Shown piece after piece: positions 22,279-32,088 of a stretch of DNA of 64,000 nt. The stretch comes from an uncultured Pseudomonadota bacterium (GTDB lineage Bacteria; Myxococcota_A; Polyangia; Fen-1088). Under the pieces are notes generated by a model. It was given only the letters and a program-made list of their open reading frames with translations. It was not told the origin of the DNA and made no database searches. Positions within the stretch are counted from its first letter, which is position 1. Every line of letters begins with the position of its first letter. Location of the stretch: positions 233,456-297,455 of the forward strand of contig CAVSOL010000017.1 in the NCBI GenBank assembly GCA_963729535.1, written 5' to 3'. Made by a program: the position numbers and the translations under genes.

Positions 22279-22395
22279 CGCTATTGATTCTATAGAACGT
22301 AGTATTCAAAAGGTAGAGCATGTAGGCAAACGGCGTTTTCCCCTGTGATTACGCGGGCTCGTGCCGCGGCACAGCCGGTGCAATTCAACGCCGCC

Positions 22396-22771
22396 ATGAC
22401 CTCAACCCAGTCGATCATCGCATCTCCCGGCCGCGCAGAGAAAGCCAGCGCAGCCCGCTCCATCTCCCTCGCGGTCGGCCGCCGCATCGTCAACGACGAC
22501 GTCATCGGCCGCCCGCACCCGGACGATCCGTTCCGCGCCGGCGAGACCGTCTACGCGCACACGAAGCTGGCGTCGTTCCGCGACGGATTCCTCGAGCACG
22601 TCTGGAAGCGCGACGGCGTCGAGGTCGCTGCGCGAGGTGATGCCGATCGGTGAAGGGCGCTGCTGGCGGACGTGGTCGTACCACGTGCTCGCAGCCGGCG
22701 CGTACACGGTCGAAGTGTTCGCACCCGACGGCGCGTTGCTGGCGTGGCGCGCGTTCAACGCCATCGCGTAG
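22396..22771 (+). CDS. DUF2914-like protein. One frame change near 22640.
   Basis: VGRRIVNDDVIGRPHPDDPFRAGETVYAHTKL..FLEHVWKRDGVEV continues in another frame as MPIGEGRCWRTWSYHVLAAGAYTVEVFAPDGALLAWRAFNAIA. This pattern is typical of DUF2914. Confidence 0.55.
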
Positions 22772-22814
22772 AGCGCAGGCGGGCTATGCCCGCCGAAGCT
22801 CATCGCGGGAGGGC

Positions 22815-22839
22815 ATGGGAACCCTTTGAGGGTTCCCAT
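22815..22839. promoter_or_regulatory. Perfect 11-3-11 palindrome ATGGGAACCCT-TTG-AGGGTTCCCAT. This is copy 1 of a repeated leader motif that spans 22804..22839 including CGCGGGAGGG.
   Basis: Read directly from the sequence. It lies 25 nt upstream of the SPFH ATG, with AGGAG between them. Copy 2 is at 55926..55959. Confidence 0.6.
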
Positions 22840-22863
22840 CTACAACGAACTCAGGAGCCTGCC

Positions 22864-24142
22864 ATGCAACGGATCAAGGACCGCCTCAAGCTCATCGCAA
22901 CCCGCATCTACGTCATCGTGCGCGCCGCGCTGGCCGCCGTCGTGCTCGGCATGATCGAAACCTTCGGCAGCCAGCGCGGCCGCCGCCTGCTGGCGACCGG
23001 CGCGCTGCTGGGCACGGGCCTGCTGCTGGTGCTGCGCCCGCCGGTGCGCGTGATCGCGCCGGGCGAGGTGGGCGTGCGGGCGAACCGCCTCACGGGCGGC
23101 ATCGCCGTCCTCGGCGAGGGGCCGGCGATGGTGCTGCCGATGCTCCATGAGCTGCGGCGCTATCCGCTGCGCGATCAGATCTACAAGCCGGCGGACAGCG
23201 CGCGCGCCGAGGGCGCCGCTCCGTTCCAGACCGTCGAGGGGTTGTCGGTGGGCGTGTCGGTGAGCGTGCGCTATGCGCTGGACCGCGATCGCATCGCCGA
23301 CATCGCCAAGCGGCTGCCGACCAACGTCGGCCACGAGCTGATCGAGCCCGTCGTCGACGGCGTGTTGCACCGGTCGCTGGCCAAACACACAGTGCGCGAG
23401 ATCTTCACCGACAAGCGGGTGGAGATTCAGCAGGCGATCGAGCAGGAGTTGCGCGCGCTGCTGGCCAAGGACGGCGTCGTCATCCGCTCGCTGTTCATCG
23501 GTCACGTCGATCTGCCGGCGCAGTACCGCAGCCGGCCTGGAAGGTCTGCTGGCCGAGGAGCTGGCGAGCGAGAAGATGCGTTTCACGCTGCAGCTCAAGG
23601 AGAAGCAGGTGACGGAGAAGTCGCTGGAGGCGGACGCCGCGAAGATCCAGCGCGAGAAGGCGGCGGAGGCAGCCGCGTCCGAGCAGCTGATCGCCGCCAA
23701 GGCGCGCGAGGAGGCGATGAGACATGTGCTGCCGCTGAAGGAGAAGGAGATCGAGCAGCGCCGCCTGGAGGCGGAGGCGCGCAAGGTGCAGCGGGTGAAG
23801 GACGCCGAAGGCGAGGCGGAGGCACGCAAGATCGAAGCCGGCGCCGAGGCGGACTCGCGCCGCAAGCTGTCCGACGCCGACGCGTACCGCATCGAGGTGA
23901 CCGGCAAGGCGCAGAGCGAGCAGCTGGCGCGCGATTCGCTGCTGATCGCCAAGAACCCGCTGCTCATCCAGAAGACGCTGGCCGACAAGCTGAGCGACAA
24001 GATCCAGGTCATCGTCGCGCCGCCGGCGGCGGGCGGCTTCTTCGCGGGCGGGCTGATCGGCACGCAGCCGCGCGGCCAGCTGTCGGCGGCGGTGGACACC
24101 CGGACGGCGGCGCCCGCCAACGACAACAACGGAGGCGAGTAA
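22864..24142 (+). CDS. SPFH/Band-7 (prohibitin/flotillin-like) membrane protein with a long coiled-coil tail. One frame change near 23525.
   Basis: N-terminal TM segments, then VRVIAPGEVGVRANRLTGG..FQTVEGLSVGVSVSVRYALD..VREIFTDKRVEIQQAIEQEL. After the frame change the sequence continues EKMRFTLQLKEKQVTEKSLEADAAKIQREKAAEAA.. (E/K/A-rich). Confidence 0.85.
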
Positions 24143-24143
24143 C

Positions 24144-25615
24144 GTGACCGCCGCCGCCATCGTCCTGATCGCGCTGGTCGCCGACGACCCCGCCGTGCTG
24201 CGCAATGCGCCGCGCGACGACGCCCCCGCCCAGGCGACGCTGTGGCGCGGGGACTGGCTGGAGGTGCGCGGTGAGACCGCGGGCTTCCTGCGCGTCTACG
24301 ACCACCGCCGCGAGCGCCCGGGCTACGTGCGGCCGGCGAGCGTGCGCGTCCACCGCCTGGAGGCGGCGAGCACGGCGGAGCTGGCGGCGATCGTGCGCTT
24401 CCTGCGCGACGGCGTCGGCAACGAATCGCTCGGCATCGGCTACGCGGCGGCGGCGCTGCGGGCGGCGCCGGCCGGGATGGACACCAGCGAGATCCTGGCG
24501 TCGATCGGCACGATGGCCGATCGGCTGGCGCGGCGCGCGTCGGCGGCGCGCGCCGATGCGCGCAACGCCGCGCTGTCGGCGCACATCGAGGTCGTCGAGA
24601 GCTACGGCGTGAAGTTCAAGTCCATCGACCCGGCGCCCGCGGCGGGCCTTGGCGGCAAAAGCAGCGCCAGCGCCCGGGCGCGCCTGTGTTACGACGGCGA
24701 GGCGTGGGAGCGCGTGCTCGCCGCGCCGGCGGCGGCGCCGGTCGAACGGACCCGCGCGGCGCTGTTCCTGGCGGGCCGCGGCTGCCAGGACCCGATGCTT
24801 CCGCCCGCCGAGCTGCGCGCGTGGAACGACCGGCGGCTGCAGGTGCTGCAGGCGATCGACTACCCGACCGAGGGGGCGCTGCCGGCGGCGCTGCTCGGGC
24901 GGCTGCGGCTGCGCCGCGCGGAGGCGTTCGCGTGGCGCGCGTTCGACGAGGCCCGCCGCGGCAACGTCGACGCGGCGTCGCGCGCCGAGGGGGCGGCCGT
25001 GCGCGAGCTGGCGCTCGCCGACCGCGGCGTGCTGGCGCCCGAAGACGTCGACGCGTACGAAGACGTCGCCGTCCGCGTCGCGGCGTCGCGCTGGGCGACC
25101 GAAGCGCCGGCGAGCGACGCCGGTAGGCGCGGCGTCAGCCTGGTCGTCGCGCCGCGCGACGAGGGTGAAACCTGCGTGCGCGTGGTCGCACGCCGGCAAG
25201 GCCTGCCGTATTGGCCGAACGTTGCACGTACGGCGTCGTCTGGCTGAACGCGCTGCGCTGGGCTCCGTCGGGGACGGCGGCCACGATCCCGGTGCAGCCG
25301 CTGGCGGCGTGGAGCGAGCTGTGGGTCGTGCGCCGCGCCGGCGACGCGAGCTGGGTGTTCGAGACGCTGACGCCGGCGACGACGGATCCGGACGTCACCG
25401 CGGGTTACGTCGAGTCGGCGGGGTTCTCGCCGGACGGCGCCCGCCTGCTGGTGGTGCGCGAGGCGCGCGGCGGCGGTCAGGTGACGCGGCGGTTCCAGGT
25501 CATGGAGACGGCGACGCTGGCCGTCGAGCGCTGGGCCGCCAGCGCCGACAAGCTGGGGGCGTTCAAACGCTGGGGCGCGCCGTCGTGGCGCGCCGGGACG
25601 CTGGCGCTGCGATGA
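24144..25615 (+). CDS. Hypothetical protein with an N-terminal SH3-like segment. One frame change near 25205.
   Basis: GTG lies 1 nt after the SPFH stop. The segment ATLWRGDWLEVRGETAGFLRVYDHRRERPGYV is SH3b-like. ORFs 24144..25247 and 25211..25615 join into one gene. Confidence 0.55.
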
Positions 25616-25896
25616 AGCGCAGGACGGTCTACTTCTTCGGCGTCGCGGTGCCGCTGGCGCTGCTGCTCGGCTTCAAGCTGGGTCGCGATCGGCTCGTCGT
25701 GCGGCCGGGCGTCGTGGACACGCAGCACGGCCGCGCGTTCAAGGTGGCGTGGTCCGGGACCTCGTACGACACGGGCCGCGCGATCTACGGCCGCGTGGTC
25801 TGGCAGCCGGGGCTGTTCACGCCGCGCGTGCTGGAGAGCATCAGCCAAGCAGATTGCCTGTCCGACGAAACCATCGACGAACTGATCAACCAATAG
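25612..25896 (+). CDS. Small membrane-anchored protein (94 aa)
   Basis: ATGA start/stop overlap. N-terminal helix VYFFGVAVPLALLLGF. Confidence 0.5.
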   Translation: MKRRTVYFFGVAVPLALLLGFKLGRDRLVVRPGVVDTQHGRAFKVAWSGTSYDTGRAIYGRVVWQPGLFTPRVLESISQADCLSDETIDELINQ

Positions 25897-25912
25897 AAAG
25901 CAGGAGAAGACC

Positions 25913-26377
25913 ATGTTGACCGCTGTGTTCGCAGTGCTGCTCGCCGTGACCCCGCCGGCTTCCGACCGGGATCCCGACGTCGTCCGCAAGTCGTTCGTGA
26001 TCCTCAAGGCGACGGCCAGCTATGCCGACGCCAGGACGCTGGCGGCTGACGCGGCCGAGCGGCTGGCGATCCGGCTCGACCTGCGCAACCTGGGGCCGGA
26101 TGGAACCATCGGTCTGACGTTTCCCGAGGATGACTGCCGCAACGAGTTCGGCGAGTTCCCGTGTTACGTCGCGCGCGGGCGCTGGGACGACGGCGTCTAT
26201 CTGAGCATCGAGCACTCGAGCTCCTACGAAGACTTCGAAGCGGGGCAGTACCTGGTCGTGCTGGCCAGCGGCGGGCCGCGCGACCGCACCGTCGGCGCGG
26301 CGCTGCGCCGGGCCAAGGGGTCGTTCCCCGAGACGATCGTCAAGACGGTGCCGGTCTACGTCGGCTGCCTTCACTGA
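25913..26377 (+). CDS. Hypothetical secreted protein (154 aa)
   Basis: AGGAGAAGACC precedes the ATG. Signal-like MLTAVFAVLLAV. No family recognised. Confidence 0.55.
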   Translation: MLTAVFAVLLAVTPPASDRDPDVVRKSFVILKATASYADARTLAADAAERLAIRLDLRNLGPDGTIGLTFPEDDCRNEFGEFPCYVARGRWDDGVYLSIEHSSSYEDFEAGQYLVVLASGGPRDRTVGAALRRAKGSFPETIVKTVPVYVGCLH

Positions 26378-26423
26378 CGGTCGCGACTTTCATTCGATGA
26401 TTCACACCAACCTGGGAGGGGAC

Positions 26424-29400
26424 ATGCGTTCACGAAGGGTGTTGCTGGCGGCGGTGTTTGTCGCGGCGGCGGCGGCGATGGGATGTGGGCCGAAGGTCAA
26501 GCCGGGGTTGACGGTCACCGGCGACAAGGTGACCGCGACCTTCGATCGGCCGATGGTCGGCGACGACAAGCTGGGCGTCCCGGCTACCGACCCGCCGTTG
26601 CGCATGAAGCCCGCGGTGCCGGGGATCTTCCGCTGGCTGGACGCGAAGGTGATCGCGTTCGTCCCGGACGAGGCGCTGCCGCGTTCGACGAAGATCGACA
26701 TGGAGGTGCCCGCCGGCGTCAAGGCGCTGGACGGCTTCGGCGTCGCGAAGGCGGTCAAGTGGTCGTTCGAGACCGAGCGCTTGCACGTGTCGTTTCCGCA
26801 GCGCCCCGACAAGTGGGCGACGCGCGACCAGCGCATCGTGGTCGCCTTCAACCAACCGGTGCGCCGCAGCGACGTCGAGAAGCGCTGCGGCTACGTCTCC
26901 GAGCGCGGCCGCGTCGCGGCGGTGGTCGACAACACCAGCGAAGATTCGGATGCGCGCGAGAAGTTCGCCGTGCTGCCGCACGGGCCGCTGGAGCTGGCGA
27001 CGAAGTGGCGGTTCGAGTGTAGCCCGGAGCTGACCGGCGCCGAGGGGCCGCTGGGGCTGGAGGCCGACGCCAAGGGGGCAGACGTGCTCGCGTTCGAGAC
27101 CTACGGTCCGTTCAAGGTCACGTCGGTCGCGCCGAAGGGCGGCCAGCTGTCGCCCGACCACGTCAGCATCGCGATCAACTTCTCGACGCCGATCGATGTG
27201 AAGAACGGCGCGCTGCCGTTCGCGATCGAGCCGGCGGTCGACGGCTTCCCCGAGCGCGCCGCGGTCGTCGACGATCGCGTGACGTTTTCGGCGCGCGCGC
27301 TGCAACCCAACACGCGCTACACGATCACCGTCGACGGCGGCATCGTCGATCGCTTCGGCCAGAAGCTGCCGGGGAAACACGTCGCCAGCTTCGGGACCGG
27401 CAACGGCACGCCGCGCATGGACGTCGAGACGGGCGCGTGGATCGTCGAGGCGAGTCGGCCCGGGTATCCCGCGTGGTCGCGCAACCTCACCAAGATCGAG
27501 GTCGACGTCGCGGCGGTCCCGGAGAGCAAGCTCAGCGAGCTGTCGAGCCAGCTCAACTGGTGGGACGCGGGCATCGTCGACGCTGACAAGCTGGGGCTCA
27601 AGACCAAACACGTGACGGTGCCGGTCAAGGGGCGCAAGAACGACTGGACGCAGGTGCAGATCGAGCCGGCCAAGCTGCTCGGCACGGCGGGGCAGCCCGG
27701 CGGCCTCTACTACCTGGTGCTGCGCGCGCCCGAAGAGCCGGAGCCGGGCCCGGAGCGCGAGGGACGCGAGGCGCGCGAGCTGCTGCTCAACTTCACCAAC
27801 CTGGGCGTCACGGCGAAGCTGTCGGGTCCGTCAGGGCTGGTGTGGGTCACCCGGCTGTCCGACGGGCAGCCGCAGCCGGGCGCGGAGGTTTCGATCCGCG
27901 ACGTCGAGGGCAAGGTCCGCTTCCGCGGCAAGACCGACGCCGACGGCGTCGTGATGACGCCGGGGCGCGCGAAGCTGCTCCCCAAGGACAAGCGGGACCG
28001 AATCAACGCCGCGGCCGCGCAGCGCGGCGACGCGGGCGACCAGGTGGGCGACGGCGAGGGCGAAGGTGAGGGCGACTTCGCGGGCGACGGCGAGGACTTC
28101 ATGGGCGGCGGTCGCCAGAAGGCCGATCTGCTGGTGTTCGCGCGCCTGGGCAAGGACCTGACCTGGGTGAACCCCGATCGCGCCGGCGGGCTGGCGGCGT
28201 GGAACTTCCACGTCCCCACCGACCAATCCACGTTTGCGGCGCGCGCCGAGCAGCTACGCGGCTTCATGCACACCGATCGCGGCCTGTACCGCCCCGGCGA
28301 GACCGTGCGCCTCAAGGGGCTCGCGCGCACGATGAAGCTGGGCGGCGCGCTGCGCGTACCGTCGGCGCGCAAGGCGCGCATCACCGTGCGCGATCCGCGC
28401 GGCGAGGAGCTGCTGGCGAAGACGGTGCCGCTGTCGAAGTTCGGCGGCTTCGCGTTCGACGTGCCGCTGTCCGAAGGCGCGCGCCTGGGCGACTACCGCG
28501 TCGAGGCGGCGCTGGCGGACGGCGTGTTCCGCGAGCGTTTCTCCGTCGAGCAGTACCGGACGGCGACGTTCGAGGTGAAGGTGCCGCAGCCCGCGCGCGA
28601 GCCGGTCGCGGGCGAAGATCTGAAGCTGACCGTGGAGGCGCGTTACCTGTACGGCGCCCCGCTGCGCGGCGGAAAGCTGGCCTGGCGCGTTTATCGGCGC
28701 AACCGCGCCACCAGCTTCCCGAAGCTCCCCGGTTACGAGTTCGAGGACGCGCGTGTCTGGCGATCCTGGTACGACGCGCGCTCGGCGGTCTCCGAGCCGC
28801 TGATGGACGAGAAGGAGCAGAAGCTGGACAAGGAGGGGCGCGGCAAGCTGTCGCTGACGTTGAAGAAGGAGGACTTCCAGTCGGCGCAGGACATCATGGT
28901 CACCGCCGAGGTCCAGGACGAGACCCACCAGACGATCGCCGCCAACGTCGCCATCCCGGCCCACCGCGCCGGCCTCTACTTCGGCATCGACCGCGGCAGC
29001 CCGATCGGCGCGGCCAACGGCGCGCGCGCGATCCGCATCGTCGCCGTCGACCCGAAGGGGAACCGCATCGCCGGCAACGGCACCTTCAGGGTGGTGCGCC
29101 ACAACTGGAGCTGCGCCTGGGAGGCGTGGGGCTATCACGGCAGCTACCGCTGCGACAAGCAGGACGGCGAGGTGATGAAGCAGGCGGTCGCCGTGCGCGC
29201 CGAGGCGCCGGCGGAGGTCCGCTTCACGCCCCCGGGTCCCGGTGATTACGAGATCGTCGTCGAGGGCAAAGACGCGGCCGGCAACGCGACGGCCGCCGCG
29301 ACGTACTTCTGGACGTGGGGCGACGGCGACGCCGGCTTCCAGGCGGAGGACAACGAGCGGTTCGACGTCATCGCCGACAAGCCGAGCTACAAGGTGGGCG

Positions 29401-32088
29401 AGACGGCGCGCCTGCTGCTGAAGACCACGGTGCGCGACGCGGCCGGCTTGATCACCATCGAGCGCGATGGCGTGATCGAGAAGTGGCCGATCACGGTCGG
29501 CGCCGGCACCAGCACCGTCGACATCCCGATCAAGGAGGGCTACGGCCCGAACGTCTTCGCGTCGGTGATGCTGGTCAAGGGGCGCACCGGCAAGGGTGGC
29601 CGCGGCATGCCGATCATCCGCATGGGCATGACGACGCTGGCGGTGAACACCGAGGCGAAGCGGTTGAAGGTTGACGGTCGCGACCGACAAGCCGAGCTAT
29701 CGGCCCGGTGAGATGGTGACCGCGGAGCTCAAGGTCACCGATGGTGCGGGCAAGCCGGTGCAGGCCGAGGTGGCGCTGTCGGCCGCTGATGAAGGCGTGC
29801 TGTCGCTGATCGGGTTCAAGACGCCCGATCCGATCACCACGTTCTACGCGGCGTGGGGGCTGGGGGTCACGACGACGACGCAATATGAGCGGCTGGCGCG
29901 GCTGCCGGAGCCGGGCGAGGAGCGCTACGCGACGGGCGGCGACGGCGCGGGCGCGCCCGGGACGTTCAGGTCGCGGTTCATGTCGACCGCGTACTGGAAC
30001 GCGCGCATCGAGACCGACGCCGAGGGGCACGCGAAGGTTAGCTTTCAGGCGCCCGACAACCTGACGGCCTACCGGCTCATGGCCGTCGCCGCCGACGCCG
30101 GCGAGCGCTTCGGATCGGGCGACAAGCGCATGACGGTGCGCAAGCCGCTGCAGCTGCTGGGCGCGATGCCGCGCTTCCTCAGCGTCGGCGACGAGGCCAA
30201 GGGGGGCGTGCTGCTGGTCAACGACACCGGCAAGGCGGGGACGGTCACCGTCGACGCGAGCGTGACCGGGGCGCGGCTGCGCGGCGGCGAGCACCAGGAG
30301 GTGGCGGTGCCCGCGGGCGGCCGCGTGCCCGTCGTCTTCCCGATTCGCGCCGACAAGGCCGGCGAGCTCAAGCTGCGGGTGAAGGCGGCGCTGGGCGAAG
30401 AAAAGGACGGACTGGAGCTGCGCATCCCGATCAACTACCCGGCGCGCGTCGAGACCGAGCTGGTCGCCGAGGGGCACACGGGCAGCTCGGTCGACATCCC
30501 CGTCAAGGTGCCGGCCGGAATCATCCCCGCGTCGGCGTCGCTGGAGGTGTCGACCGATCCTGACGGCATCGCGGGCCTGGAGGAGGGGCTGCGCGATCTG
30601 ATCGAGTACCCGTACGGCTGCCTGGAGCAGACCACGTCGCGGCTGATCCCGCTGGTGGCCGTCGAGGAGCTGGCGAAGTCGCTCAAGCTGGCGGGGCTGG
30701 ACGGGCCGGCGCTGCAGAAGTTCATCCGCGCCGGCATCGGCAAGCTGGAGAAGTTCCAGACCGAGGAGGGCGGGTTCTCGCTGTGGGTGGGCGGCCAGGC
30801 CGAGGGCTATCTGACGGCGTTTGCGCTGTGGGGGCTCAAGCTGGCGTCCGACGCCGGGCACAAGCTGCCGCCGGGGATGCTCGATCGCGGCGTGAAGTAC
30901 CTGCGCGCCCAGCTGGGACGCGACGTCACCGTCGCCGGGGGCGTGCACAGCGAGCTCGGCGAGATGGGGAGCCGCGCCTTCGCCGTGCACGTGCTGGGCC
31001 TGCTGTCGCAGCCGGACCCCGGCTACGCGGCCAAGCTGCTCGAGAAGAAGGCGGGGCTGCCGCGCTTCGGCGAGGCGTTCCTGGCGCGTGCGCTGGCGCA
31101 GAACGTCGGCGCGCAGCACCCGTCGGTGGTCGCGCTGCTCGACGGGCTGGTGAACGCGGCGCAGCCCAAGGGCGCCACGGCGCTGATCCGCGAGCCAGGC
31201 GGCGCGTCGATGCACTGGTACATGAGCGACGACGTGCGCACGACAGCGATCGTGACCGACGCGATCATCGACCTGCGGCCGTCGGAGCCGATGTTGCCCA
31301 GCCTGGTCAAGGGGCTGTTCGGCGAGCGCCGCAACGGCCGCTGGTCGAGCACGCAGGACAACCTGTACGCGCTGGTCGCGCTCACCCACTATGTGAAGTC
31401 GCGCCCGACCGGCGGCGTGTCGGTCGAGGCGGCGATAGGCGCCAAGACGGTCCTGTCGGGCGACTTCCGCGGCAAGACCACGCATATCCGGCGCGCGACG
31501 TTTCCCATCGACGCGACGAAGCCACCGTCGGCGCCGCTGCACATCAAGGCGTCGGGCGGCGAGGTCTACTACTCGTCGGTGCTGCGCTTCCGGCGCGACG
31601 TCAGCCACCAGAAGCCGTACGAAAACGGCCTCACGGTCCGTCGCGAGTACCTGAACCCGACCACGGGCGAGCCGATCGACGCGAAGAAGGGCGTCAAGGT
31701 CGGCAGCGTCGTGCGCGTGCGCATCACGCTGTCGTCGTCCGAGCGGCGCAATCACCTGGCGGTCGACGATCCTGTGCCCGCGGGGCTGGAGCCGATGAAC
31801 ACGCGGCTCGTGACCACGGGCGCTGCCCCCAAGAAGGCCGAGCGGCACGGGCACGGCGAGCCGCGCGATCTCGACCAGCAGTGGTGGCGGCCCGCGTTCC
31901 GCGAGGTGCGCGACGACCGCGTGCTGGTGTTCATCGACAACTTCTCGCCCGCGCCGGCGTCGTTCGAATACCTGGCGCGCGCGACGACGGCGGGGACGTT
32001 CGTGGTCCCGGGGACGTCGGTCGAGGAGATGTACCAGCCGGAGATCGCCGCGCGGCTGCAGCCGGGGACGTTCGTGGTGACGCCGTGA
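26424..32088 (+). CDS. Bacterial alpha-2-macroglobulin family lipoprotein with a thioester motif. One frame change at the TT run 29671-29672.
   Basis: GGGAGGGG RBS and lipobox AAAAMGCG. It spans about 1888 codons across ORFs 26397..29711 and 29671..32088. Thioester site: IEYPYGCLEQTTSRLIP. The C-terminal receptor-like domain includes FEYLARATTAGTFVVPG. Confidence 0.95.

Noticed and set aside
22279-22345. A sigma-54 promoter for the signalling operon (GGGGAAAACGCCGTTTGCC on the minus strand)
   Set aside because: The GG to GC spacing is two nucleotides too long and the -24 element is poor.
28040-28100. A GDGEGEGEGDFAGDGEDF-coding stretch as a tandem repeat element
   Set aside because: It is a short acidic low-complexity insert inside the A2M coding frame. 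It is not an independent repeat or array.
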